A stretch of DNA of 64,000 bases from Eledone cirrhosa (lineage: Eukaryota): assembly GCA_964016885.1 (NCBI GenBank), contig OZ024742.1, forward strand, positions 23,126,001 to 23,190,000. Reading direction: 5' to 3'. The first letter of the stretch is position 1. Every line of letters starts with the position of its first letter. The translations under genes were made by a program, and so were the position numbers. The notes beneath the pieces are model-generated. The model saw only the letters and a program-made list of their open reading frames with translations, was not told the origin of the DNA and ran no database searches. This document shows, piece by piece, positions 1-12,173 of this stretch.

Positions 1-375
1 ATATCCGCTCTAACTCTACCCATTTAATATCTGTAGGTGTATTCCTCGCTGCCGAGGATGGGTATACTGGTTGTTTGTGCAACGGAACAACATGTCCATG
101 AACGACACAAGCATGTGGCTGGGAATTACATAGACACGTGTAAACTTCACGCATTCAATTCTCAAGCAGATTCACCGTAATGCAGAGTGTGGCGAGATTG
201 GCCCTTTGAATTATAATTAAAACTAATGTTTGCCAGCTGCGTGAATGGGAGAAGATGAAATAAAGTGCCTTGTTAAAAAATATAGCACTGAGAATCGGAC
301 GGACCTTAATATCGCGAGCCACAATGTCCCGCGGCTTCACTGCCTCTAAATGCTCATATATTACGGATATATTAT

Positions 376-411
<36 letters not shown>

Positions 412-443
412 CACACACACACACACACATATATGTATATGTA

Positions 444-481
<38 letters not shown>

Positions 482-484
<3 letters not shown>

Positions 485-789
485 AGAAAGTGAGGGGTTT
501 TTACAAAATGAAAAATAACCGAGGTATCCTACACGAGTGAAAGTATAAAACAAAAGATGAAATCGAACATGCAACTGGAGTCTTTTTAAAAAAAAATATA
601 TATATTTATTTGGATCCTTTACCGGTTTCGCAGTTCTTCTGCTTTTCAAAAGTAGAGTTAAGATGGAGGGTCTGTGGTTTTTCTCACATCAGAAGAACTG
701 CGAAACCAGTAAAGGATCCAAATAAATATATATATTTTTTTAAAAATAAGACTCCAGTTGCATTTTCGATTTCATCTTTTTTTTTTTAT

Positions 790-790
<1 letters not shown>
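482..790. mobile_element. Head-to-head pair of PLE terminal-repeat fragments (family A) between (TA)n tracts
   Basis: 691-790 is the reverse complement of ~545-641; the left arm extends further to 482. Same family at 40492-40635 and 54377-54735. Contains an HHR-like motif followed by AATAAA. Confidence 0.8.
616..652 (-). ncRNA. Hammerhead ribozyme-like motif, U3-A8 core variant (family A)
   Basis: Minus strand: CTT-TTGAAAA-GCAG aagaa CTGC-GAAA-CCGGTA-AAG; palindromic stem III (ACCGGT), GUA cleavage triplet. Confidence 0.6.
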
Positions 791-823
<33 letters not shown>

Positions 824-1027
824 GAAGCAAAGAAAATTTCAAAGAAATGATAGATTTTCTGGTGGAAATTCAGGTGTACTCCGGGTTGGTATCCAGTTTC
901 GAGGTGAAAATTCAATCAGAAAATCCAACGAATTATGTCAACATGTATGGACATATTATTTTTATCTAAAGACATTTTTTCCAATTCCATCGCGCCCGCC
1001 CCCTTAATCTATTTTATTTCTTATTCT

Positions 1028-1064
1028 TTCTTCTGTTGAAGGACTAGCATCGGAAACGTTAAGA
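1028..1064 (+). ncRNA. Degenerate minimal hammerhead motif of a PLE 3' end
   Basis: TCTT-CTGTTGA-aggactagcatcg-GAAACGTT-AAGA; stem I TCTT/AAGA, core has one substitution, stem II decayed. Confidence 0.45.
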
Positions 1065-1300
1065 CCCTCTTCCTGCTATATCAAGGGTTAACCTAATATA
1101 TACCTTCAATATACTGTACCGATTGCGTTCTTATTTCTGTTTAACTTTTACATTAAATATATATATATATATATATAACATGTAGTTTCCCGAGTCGGGA
1201 ATTAGAAAAAGGTACTTAATTAATTGTTAGAGTATAGGCATTTTCATTATTTATATACCTGATGATATTATACGAAAGAAACAGATCTATTCCTGTAAAA

Positions 1301-1338
<38 letters not shown>

Positions 1339-1431
1339 ACGCACACACACACACACACACAACCACACACACATACGTACACACGCACACACACACACAC
1401 TCGCACGCACGCACGCACGCACGCACACACG

Positions 1432-1492
<61 letters not shown>

Positions 1493-1524
1493 ACACACAC
1501 ACACACATATATTAAATTAGCGAA

Positions 1525-1565
<41 letters not shown>

Positions 1566-1627
1566 AGCAGAGATCCGACGAGCTTTTGATTCCAGAGATG
1601 GGCAAGATCGATACAGATCGAACCATG

Positions 1628-1666
1628 CGCTGATCAATAGCGAAACGCGCGTCACCAATCAATAAA
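1628..1666 (+). ncRNA. Partial or variant hammerhead motif followed by AATAAA
   Basis: CTGATCA-atagc-GAAACGCGCGTC; palindromic stem III ACGCGCGT with GUC triplet, AATAAA 8 nt downstream. Confidence 0.35.
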
Positions 1667-1675
1667 CGTAATGAA

Positions 1676-1794
<119 letters not shown>

Positions 1795-3126
1795 AAGAGG
1801 GGGCGGGAGAGACTAAATCGGAAAATTCCCTATCAGTACCACTTAAATCTAATTTGATGAAATTATTTGCCCCATTCAGATGTTCTGAAGGACACCACTT
1901 ATTGGAAGTAAAGGTAATTCATTTGGCGTCAAAATACTTCGAGATTAGATAAAATGATGAAATGGTTTCTGGAGGTTTCGACATAACGTTTTGAATATAA
2001 ATGATATATAATTCAATATAAGTTTGGGAATGGGAAATATGATACAATTATAGAATTCTTAGAGAAACATCGTTTCGCTATTTTACCCCAGAGTCAAACA
2101 TATGGGACTCACCGAGTAAAAACCATTGAGATCACAGTAATGAACTAAATTCAGTTTTTACTCTAATGATATTACATCAGTGTATTAAAGTACAACTTGG
2201 CCGTATAATGCAATATGGAAGCCATTGAAATGTATAGAAAGACAAGCAAGGTTAAGCTACGGTCATCTTCCCTGATGTAAATTGATTTTGAGAGAAAATA
2301 ATTTTATACTTTACATCAATTGGATATTCTCTGTACACTTGCGATCACCTCTTTGGAGAAAGCAACAGAAGACATGGAATCTATCATTAATAGTTTTGTT
2401 TGGTTTGGTTTTTCTCATTATTTTCTATGAAAACTACAGTCTGTAGGATAGCATAAAATTTCTTATTAACTATAGCCTCGGGACTTTTCACTATTGACCA
2501 GTTTCAGGTATATTAAAGATGGTTCAAGCAGTAGAACGATAATGCAAAAGGGAGTTGGTATTGTGATGCGATACACTAAATTCAGTTCCTGTTGATATCT
2601 CTTATTTCTTACTCCATCCTTCCTGCTAATAACCTCCATAAATATTTGTAACATATCTATTATTTAATTGGATATACCAGTCTTGCATATATAACAGTTG
2701 ATAGACAAAATGCCACACTTCATTCGCTTAACGTGTGGGGTGGAGCTCGTTATATCGGACCGAGGAAACAATGCTTCCATTGGTCTTTCCAATTGCTTAT
2801 AATATCTAACGGTCGCAAATCCAGGTAGGAGGAGCAACGTAAAATAAAATGAATTGCTCAAGGAAATAACGACTAGGTATACGGAATAACTTACAGATTT
2901 AGAATGATATAACTATATATAAGTCTAGGGTAATTCTAAATGTGTAAGGTAGCTCGCCTCTAGGGGTTGCATTGACGAACATTAAACTCTGGTATATATT
3001 ACTATCATACCATGAGTTGATTTTATTTGATTTATTCCTAATCCTTTCTATTCTGTTCCAAATAAAATTTGCTCCTATAGACGGGGCAAGTCACATTTGC
3101 ATCATTTTCTACAATCTATGCTACAG

Positions 3127-3210
3127 CATGACCCTCCCAAAGTATAACAATATCTGTGTCAACAGACGTTTTCAGATAGGAAATCTTGCAAAACAAATTC
3201 AAAAACGATA
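3127..3210 (+). mobile_element. PLE 3' tail containing the first codons of the ORF (MTLPKYNNI...), ending in (TA)n
   Basis: ATGACCCTCCCAAAGTATAACAATATC also at 4658-4684(-), 30015-30038, 30522-30547(-), 34237-34262, 40358-40384. Confidence 0.7.
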
Positions 3211-3404
3211 TATATATATATATATATTCATTCACAAAACTGGCGCAGAACAAAATCCCTGTTGATAACGTGATAGTCCTTGCTCGATCATTATACAAAA
3301 AGCTTATAATTTTGAGCAGGCACTATTATTGATTTAGGTGTCATAGAAACCCTGTATTTGCATTTTACCATCAATTCCAATGGGCCCAGGTTTGTTCATA
3401 TATG

Positions 3405-3445
<41 letters not shown>

Positions 3446-4209
3446 TTTTATCATTTATTTTGTCTGACCTGTTTAGCTTGATTTGTTTTTTGGCTTAGGT
3501 CGTTAATGCCTTCTTGACTGCCTTTTCAGTATTGTATGGTCTTTATAACATATGTTTAGCTCTAGTTTTTTTTATTATGGAGCGCTTGCCAGTATGATTC
3601 TGATTTTGCATTTCGTTTCGCTTTTTCTACCCGCCGAAATGCGATTCTCGCTGAATTTATATTTGTATTAATCTCCCGCGTCTTACAATTAACCTGTTAA
3701 TAATTCTATTGACAGATTAATTGCATAAGTTTATTTTAAAAACTACTCGGTTGAGTGCTTATTCGATTTGTGCTATTTATGCAATTTTTGCATGATTTAG
3801 ACATACTGAATTCATTTGCCAAAATCTGGGGTTTTTCCTATGTTGAGTTACACATGTGCTTTTACAAATCACTACGTTATTCACAAAACATTTAATCATA
3901 TTTAATCATATTTACCTTATTAAATGTGGCATATTTAGGTGGTAGTTGTAATACAGATAATTCATCAGAGTCGACCGTAGTGTTGCCGTATATATTTGTG
4001 TTGTTGTTGAATTCATCTGTTCATGAGATGTCGGCCATATTTATACCATCAATTTTGTCGGGATATCTATTGATATTCTCTAAAGTATCTTGATTTAGTT
4101 TTATCTGTTTGATCCACTTTAGTTTCTTGTTAAAGTGCTTGTCACATTCTGAACAATGTACAGTTCTTCAGGACATATAAGGTTTATAAATATTATTTTT
4201 TCTCTTGGT

Positions 4210-4298
4210 TGACTTTGCCTTTCATCCTTACGGGGCGATAAAATAAAGTACCAGTAATGCACTGGGTAATTGCTGGCCTTGTGCCTAAAGTAGAAACA
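4210..4298 (+). mobile_element. 5'-truncated SINE with 18-bp target-site duplication
   Basis: Matches the 3' half of the SINE at 48946-49134; flanked by ATTATTTTTTCTCTTGGT at 4192-4209 and 4299-4316. Confidence 0.85.
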
Positions 4299-4812
4299 AT
4301 TATTTTTTCTCTTGGTGTGGTGACCTTAGTTATTTCTTGTATTAGGTTACGCTTGTGTTTTTCTTGACTTAATTCTCTATAAATCTTTTTTTTTATGTTT
4401 AGAATTAGTGTTCGTTTTAGCCTATCTGCTTGCTTTTTGGTGAGCTGTAATATTCTTACATCGGTGTTGATGGTATTGGTGTAAATTCGGGACGAGGCAC
4501 ATTCTTTTATGAAGTGTAGTTGTCGAGATGTTGTTGTTTTTCGTAGACAAAAGAACATGGTGGTTTTCAGTATCTTGTTAGCCTGGCTAAGGCTTACGAT
4601 ATTTCGTTTCTGAATTTGTTTAACAAGATTCTTCATCTGAAAACGTGTGTTGAAACCGATATTGTTATACTTTGGGAGGGTCATGTTGCCAATAAGAAAC
4701 ACACGCACCAGTTGCTTCCACTTCAATTTATTATAATAAATTTATAAATTTAGGAATTTATAAATTTCCGGTTGGTTGGTTGGTTCCACAACCAGATGGT
4801 TGTTTATATATT

Positions 4813-4855
4813 GTCAAAGTTCTTTCGTCACACATTCTGTAACCTCTTCAGTGAC
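4813..4855 (-). ncRNA. Canonical-core type I minimal hammerhead ribozyme
   Basis: Minus strand: GTCA-CTGAAGA-G-GTTACA gaatg TGTGAC-GAAA-G aa C-TT-TGAC; stems I, II and III all pair. Confidence 0.8.
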
Positions 4856-5307
4856 TGGGGATTCTTTTCTTTGTTTTTTGTGCCTCTCCTTTGTTCTGTC
4901 CTACGCCATCTTGTTTTTGTGTGTTGTGTGCTTAGTTTGCGCATGTGTTACATCCGGGTGTCTGTGTGTGTGTTTATATTCATTTATTTATTTGTTTATT
5001 TACATGTTACTGGTTGGTTGTTTGTTCTATGTGCGTGTGTGTTTTCATTTTGTCCTTAATAATAAGTTGTGATGTTGCTGTTACACTCATGTTTTCTATA
5101 AACATAAATGAATTACAACAAAAATTAAATAGAAAACATGAGTGGAACAGCAACATCACAACTTACATTTAAGGACAAAATGAGATCACACACGCACATA
5201 GAACAAACAACTAACCAGTAACATGTAAATAAACAAATAAGTAAACGAATATACCCCACACTCCGCACAGCGACGAGCTCCGCACCCGAACGGAAGTCGA
5301 GCGATTC

Positions 5308-7351
5308 GTGCGACGCACTAAGCTACAGCCACATTTCAGCCGAACGCCACCGGCTCCGGACGCCCCAGACCCGTTTCTCGCCCTGGGCCGACGACCATAT
5401 TCTTGGACGCCGGCCCCAGGGCAATTTAGCACCTTGGACGCCTTCGTCGATGCCAGCCGTAGCGCAGTAAATCGTTTCGACTTCCGCCACCGTTCCGAAC
5501 GGTACAATATCTCACGGGGCGAACTCCTCGCTCTCCGCTCCCTCCGTAGCCGAGATAACATCGTCATCAAACCGGCGGACAAGGGAGGCGCCGTAGTGGT
5601 GTGGCGCGCGGAGCTCTACACGGCCGAAGCCCTCAGGCAGCTCTGTAACCCCCTCTTTTACCGCCCTCTACCAACAACAAGTCTCCTCCACCATCAAAGA
5701 CCTTATCGCCTCCTCCCCCCTCCCCCCACCGCTTCCCACCTCATCGTTCGCACCCCCCGCACCCCCACCATCTACTTCCTCCCCAAACTCCACAAACCCG
5801 ACAACCCCGGCCGCCCCATCGTCTCCGCTTGCAATTGCCCCACCGAACTCATCGCCGCCTTTCTCGACTCCCTCCTCGCCCCCCTTGTCACCACCCTCCC
5901 CTCCCACATCTCCGACACCAACCACGCCCTGCGCCTTTTCGACTCCTTCACCTACCCACCCGGCCCACAGCCCTTCCTCTTCCCCCTAGACATCAAGTCC
6001 CTCTATACAGTCATCCCCCACGCCGACGGCCTTCGCGCCCTCACACACTACCTCGACCTTCGCCCCTCCCATATTCCCTCCACCCCCACCCTCCTTCGCC
6101 TCGCCGAGCTGGTCCTCACCCTGAATTGTTTCTCCTTCTCGGGTGAGTTTTACCAACAGGTCACGGGGGTAGCCATAGGTACAAGAATGGGCCCGAACTA
6201 TGCCAACCTTTTTGTTGGCCATGTTGATGCCCAAATCTTTGCCCAGTACACCGGCCCCACTCCCGAACTGTACGGTCGTTACATTGACGACTGTATCGGA
6301 GCCACGACCCTCACCCGAGAACAGCTCGACTCCTTTCTCTCCTTCTTCTGCTCCTTCCACCCCTCCCTCCACTTCACCACCTCTATCTCCACCACCCACG
6401 TCCACTTCTTAGACATCTCCGTCGCCTTCGACCCCTCCCACCACTCCCTGGTCACCTCCGCCTTCTTCAAACCCACCGACTCCCACTCTTACCTCGACTT
6501 CACCTCTACCCAACCCACCCACACTAAACACTCCATTCCCTACTCCCAACTTCTCAGGATCCGCCGACTCTCTAGCCGTGATGCTGACTTTGAGTCCCAG
6601 GCCCTTTCCCTAGTCAGCCATTTCATCCGCAGAGGTTACCCCCCTCTCCCGTCCACACCACTCTCACCCGCGCCCGTGCTGTTCCCCGCTCCACCACCCT
6701 CACCCCACGCCACGGCACACCCACCCACCGTCTCCCCTTCCCCATCACCTACCACCCCTCCACCTTACCCTTCCCCCGCACCATCCACCGCCTCTTCCGA
6801 CGCCTCCAGTCCGACCTCTCCACCTCCCACATCTTCCCAACCCCACCACTCCCCTCCTTCAAACGCGCACGCAATCTCCGCACACTCCTCGTCCACAGCT
6901 CTCTACCCCCCAACCCACGCTCTGTTTCCCCCCCGGTTCCTTTCCCCGTTCTAGGCCCCGCTGCAACACCTGTCCCCACATCACCAACACCACCACCTTC
7001 CAGGGTCTCAACGGCCACTCTCTCTCGGTCCGGCATGCCTTCCGCTGCACCTCCTCCAACCTAGTCTACGGACTTCGCTGCACTCCGTGCAGCGCGACTT
7101 ATGTCGGACAGACGGGACATCGCCTGGCGGACCGAGTCACGGAGCACCTCCGGGATATTCGTCTCGGGGGCAGTTCCCCCATCGCCCGCCACTTTGGTGG
7201 CCCTGGACATTCCGCACGCCATCTCACAGTCTGTGGCCTATTCCAGTGCCACGGAAACCCCGCCAATCGCCTTACGGTCGAACAACGAACTATCTTCATC
7301 TTACAGACCCACACTCCCCCTGGCCTGAACTCCCCACCCTTATTTCTTTAG
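5308..7351 (+). pseudogene. PLE reverse transcriptase + GIY-YIG endonuclease, frameshift near 6645
   Basis: IKPADKGGAVVV, YFLPKLHK..PGRPIVS, LDIKSLYT, GVAIGTRMGPNYANLF, RYIDD, FLDI, KPTDSHSYL; second frame RCNTCPHI...SSNLVYGLRCTPCSATYVGQT...EHLRDI...GLN, stop at 7349-7351. Confidence 0.92.
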
Positions 7352-8827
7352 CCTTCGACCGCCCCCTCCCCCCACACTTATCCCCCACTAACACCACTAA
7401 CACACCCCTCCTTTTCACCGCCCACCCCACAACTAACAATACTAACACCTCCACTGCACCCCTCATCTGACCACCCTTCCCCAACTAACATACTAACATC
7501 CCTTCCCTCCCCTCTTCTCCTCCTCCCCCTCCTTATCACACGCACACACCCACCGGCACATATATACACGCGCTCACACTAAACACACACCCTACTACCA
7601 CCACTAACCCTCACCCCCACACCTCCATCCCACCACCCCGCAACCAACCTCACTAAAACCCCCTAACCCCAAGCACACGAACACACGCACCCACTTACAC
7701 CACCCACCCCACACGCAACTAACATCACTAACACCCCCCAACCCCATGCACACGTACCCACACACCCTCGTACACCACCAACTCTACACACCCTACCACC
7801 ACTAACCTCCACTCACACCTGCATTCAACCCCTCCCCACCTCCCGTATACTAACACCCACTAACACCTCATCAAACTACACACACACCAGTACACCACAC
7901 TCCCTCCATAGAACCACACACACCCTTCGCTCCCCGCTCCACCCACACCCTCGCTCAACACTCACTCATCCCACTAACACCCCTACTAATACACACACAC
8001 ACACCCTCCTCACACCAACTTTCACACCTACCCATCCTCGCCCCTTTACCATTCCACCGACTGCTGCTATGCCCTCTGACCACCTCCCAGCACAAACAGA
8101 CCACAGCACTCCTACTGCTGACCACTTCCTGTTGCGCGCGCACCCCACATCTCTCCTCTTCCGACCATCGCTTCATGGAATACCCACACGCAGAAATTGA
8201 CCAGCCACCAATCCACTATACATCTTCGGACTTTACCAACTTTTCAACCATCCTCTTACGTAATCCCCTATATAACTCACCCACACACACACCCCCAAAA
8301 ACATTTTTTTCTCCACACGCCACCTACACCCACAACACGCTTAAACCCCACACACGTGCTTTTCACCACATATCTACACCCTCAGCCTCCTGATTCCTCT
8401 CCCCCCACCCCTCTATCCACACACGCACAGACACTCCGACCCACAAACTCCCCCCCCACACCTCTTCCTAAACATGCAACCCCGTTCTTACCCCAAACCT
8501 TACTTTCACATACACACACACACACACACACACGCACACCTACACACACACACCACCTTCAGCCCTCCCCGCTCGGACACCCCGTCTCCCTCTCCCCACT
8601 CCACCCCTACACACCCCACATCCTCCCACCACCCGTTTACCCCTTTTTAATATCAGTTTATTTTGATCATGCCTTTATTTTTTAATTTATCTCATTCCTT
8701 GTATTTTGATCATGCTTTATTTTTATTTTTATCTTTATTTTTTATTTTTTCATTCGCACCGTTTCCTTTCGCTATATGTCTCTCCACCACTCCCCTACAC
8801 ACCCTTTAAACTCTGTTCCCACACACT

Positions 8828-8864
8828 TCCCACCTGAGGAAGGGCTTATGCCCGAAACGTCGTC
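8828..8864 (+). ncRNA. Minimal hammerhead ribozyme of the PLE terminal repeat
   Basis: CTGAGGA-A-GGGC ttat GCCC-GAAACGTC; stem I weak. Confidence 0.7.
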
Positions 8865-9252
8865 CCCCACCAACACCCCACTCTCCAGAGCGTGAAATTA
8901 ATAAACATTTGTTGTACTGCCTCTCTGTTTTGTCCCTGTTCAAATTTTTCCATTATATATATATATATATATATATATAGTACATAGCACGTTACGTAGC
9001 ATTACCTGAATAGAGGTATAGCTGAATAGAGATGGTCATTGTTATAGATATCTCAGGTGTAAGTGTGTGTGAATGTATTTGGGAGGGTGTGTGTGTGTAT
9101 TTGTGTATGCAGGTGTGTGTCTGTGTGTTTCTATATGTACCTTCTATATGTGTTCAGGTGCAATGGTATGTGTGCTTGTGAGTGTGTGAGGGGGATGGAG
9201 ATGGGGAGCTGTTAGTTCTGATTCCATATACTATAGCATCATGCACAAAGTA

Positions 9253-9551
9253 TTAGTAGTGGTAGTGGTAGTAGTAATAGTAGTAGTAGGAGTGGTAGCA
9301 GTAGTAGAAGTAGCGGTGGTAGTAGCAGTAGTAGTAGCGGTGGTAGTTGCAGTAGTGGTAGCGGTGGTAGTAGCAGTAGTAGTAGCGTTGGTAGTAGCAG
9401 TAGTAGTAGCAGTGGTAGTAGCAGTAGTAGTAGCGGTGGTAGTTGCAGTAGTGGTAGCAGTGGTAGTAGTAGCGTTGGTAGTAGCAGTAGTAGTAGCGGT
9501 GGTAGTAGCAGTAGTGTTAGTAGTAGTAGTAGTAGCAGCAGCAACAGAAGC

Positions 9552-9586
<35 letters not shown>

Positions 9587-9675
9587 CAGCAGCAGCAGTA
9601 GTAGTAGTAGTAGTAGTAGTAGTAACGGTGGTAGTAGTAGTAGTGCGTGCTAGTAGTAGTAATAGTAGTAGTAGC

Positions 9676-9719
<44 letters not shown>

Positions 9720-9752
9720 CGGTTGTAGCGGTAGTAGTAGTAGTAGTAATAC

Positions 9753-9797
<45 letters not shown>

Positions 9798-9941
9798 CAG
9801 TAGTAGCAGCAGTAGTAGTAGTAGCAGCAGCAGCAGTAGTACAAGTAGTAGTAATAGTAGTAGTAGTAGTAGTAGTAGTAGCAGTAGTAGCAGCAGTAGT
9901 AGTAGTAGTAGCAGCAGCAGTAGTACAAGTAGTAGTAGTAA

Positions 9942-9985
<44 letters not shown>

Positions 9986-11742
9986 TAGTGTTAGAAGCAG
10001 GTGAAATAATTCCAGTTTTTAAAAGACAACGAGGGAGACTCTACAGTAACGAGGGAGACTCTACAGAGACAGTGAACGTGCTAGACATATCAGCTAAGTC
10101 TCACCTGACTAACACCTTATTGACTATAATGTAAACCTGGCCTTCCCGTAGATAGACACAGTTGGGTTGGTCACGGCTGGAATTATTTTATGAGACCAGG
10201 AACAGGTCCGACATCGGACTACACAACAACAGTAAAATCAGCTGACACTTCAACTGTTGTTGATGATGATGATGACGATGCTGATGATGATAACGAAGAT
10301 GACGATGATAACGATGATGATGATAGTGATGATGATGGTGGTGCTGATGTTATGATGATGATGGTGGTGATGATGGTGATGATGATGATGATGATGGTGG
10401 TGATGATGATGGTGCTAATGCTAGTGATGCTGCTGCTGCTGCTGTTGTTGCTCGTGTTGTTGCTACTGCTGCTGTTAATGCTGCTAAGGTTTTTGCTGCT
10501 GTTGCTGCTGCTGTTGCCTCTGTTGTTGTTGTTGTTGCTGCTGAGGTTGTTGATGTTGCTGCTATTACTGCTGTTGTTGTTGCTATTGTTGTTGTTGTTG
10601 TTGTTGCTATTGTTGCTGTTGTAGTTGCTTTCGTTGTTGTTGTTGTTGTTGCTATTGATGCTGTTGTAGTTGATTTTCTTGTTGTTGTTGTTGTTGCTAT
10701 TGCTGCTGTTGTAGTTGCTTTTCGTGTTGTTGTTGTTACTATTGCTGCTGTTGCTGTTGTAGTTGCTTTTGCTGTTGTAGTTGTTGCTGCTATTGCTGAT
10801 GTTGTAGTTGCCTTTGTTGTTGTTGTTGTTGTTGCTATTGCTGCTGTTGTAGTTGCTTTTGTTGTTGTTGTTGTTGCTGCTATTGCTGCTGTTGTAGTTG
10901 CCTTTGTTGTTGTTGTTGTTGCTATTGCTGCTGTTGTAGTTGCTTTTGTTGTTGTTGTTGTTGCTGCTATTGCTGCTGTTGTAGTTGCTTTTGTTGTTGT
11001 TGCTGTTGTTGTTGCTTTTCTTGTTGTTGCTGTTGTTGTTGCGCTGTTGTTGTTGTTGTTGTTAGTGTTGTTGTTACTGTTGCTGATGTTCTTGTTGTTG
11101 TTACTGTTGTTGTTGTTGTTGTTAATGTTGCTGTTGTTGTTGTTGTTGTGGTTACTGCTGCTGATGTTGTTGTTGTTACTGTTGCTGCTGTTGTTGTTGT
11201 TACGGTTGCTGCTGTTGTTGTTGTTACTGTTGCTGCTGTTGTTGTTGTTACAGTTGCTGTTGTTGTTACTGTTGCTGTTGTTGTTGTTGTTGTTGTTGTT
11301 AATGGTGCTGCTGCTGTTGTTGTTGTTGTTGTCGTTACTGTTGCTGCTGTTGTTGTTGTTACTGTTGCTGCTGTTGTTGTTGTTGTTACTGTTGTGTTGT
11401 TATTGGTGTTACGGTTGCTGCTGTTGTTGTTGTTACTATTGCTGCTATGTTGTTGTTACTGTTGCTGCTGTTGTTGTTACAGTTGCTGTTGTTGTTGTTG
11501 TTACAGTTGCTGCTGTTGTTGTTTTTACTGTTGCTGCTGTTGTTGTTGTTACTGTTGCTGTTGTGTTGTTGTTACAGTTGCTGTTGTTACTGTTGCTGCT
11601 GTTGTTATTACAGTTGCTGTTGTTGTTGTTGTTGTTACTGTTGCTGCTGTTGTTATTGTTAATGTTGCTGCTGTTGTTGTTGTTACTGTTGCTGCTGTTG
11701 TTGTTGTTACAATTGCTGTTGTTGTTACTGTTGCTGTTGTGC

Positions 11743-11773
<31 letters not shown>

Positions 11774-12105
11774 AATGGTGCTGCTGCTGTTGTTTTTGTT
11801 ATTGTTGCTGTTGTTGTTACTGTTGCGGTTGTTGTTGTTGTTGTTACAGTTGCTGCTGTTGTTGTTACTGTTGCTGCTGTGGTTGTTACAGTTGCTATTG
11901 TTGTTGTTGTTACTCTTGCTGTTGTTGTTGTTTTTGCTGTTGCTGCTGTTGTTGTTGTTGTTACTGTTGCTGCTGTTGTTGTTACTGTTGCTGCTGTGTT
12001 GTTATTACTCTTGTTGTTGTTGTTGTTGTTACAGTTGCTGCTGTTGTTGTTGTTACTGTTGCTGCTGTTGATGTTATTACTCTTGTTGTTGTTATTAACA
12101 GTAGC
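9253..12105. repeat. Compound trinucleotide microsatellites (AGT)n, (GAT)n, (GCT/GTT)n with a unique island at 9986-10255
   Basis: Direct reading; the poly-V/S/L/C ORFs here are by-products of the repeat. Confidence 0.95.
10105..10176 (-). other. Candidate 72-nt coding exon (RDQPNCVYLREGQVYIIVNKVLV)
   Basis: Minus strand ttccAG|...TCAG|GTGAGA, length divisible by 3, one open frame; weak polypyrimidine tract, no recognised homologue. Confidence 0.25.
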
Positions 12106-12173
12106 TGTGTTCATATGCATCAAGTGGAAACATGATGGGCAGCTTTAGAATAGCGAGAGGCTTATGAGATGGT

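Larger units (their letters stand above)
3443..5165 (-). mobile_element. 5' part of a PLE: terminal repeat with HHR followed by the N-terminal ORF region (ATG at 4684)
   Basis: 4601-4930 is the reverse complement of 40080-40441; here the frame continues MTLPKYNNIGFNTRFQMKNLVKQIQKRNIVSL...QLHFIKEC. Interrupted by a SINE. Left boundary approximate. Confidence 0.6.
5255..8953 (+). mobile_element. C-rich Penelope-like element (Neptune-like), 5'-truncated, long 3' UTR, ends in (TA)n
   Basis: RT and GIY-YIG motifs, HHR at 8834, AATAAA at ~8900, (TA)n from 8954. Confidence 0.9.

Noticed and set aside
1800-2640. Very old RT remnant (DEMVS..FDI-like words)
   Set aside because: Too degenerate to support without a profile search.
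4595-4645. Second hammerhead (CAGATGA...GAAACGAAATATCGTA) on the minus strand
   Set aside because: Lies in the ORF start, has no convincing stem I and is not conserved in the 3127, 30480 or 40400 copies.
9239-12148. Poly-Val/Leu/Ser/Cys ORFs
   Set aside because: Translations of trinucleotide microsatellites.
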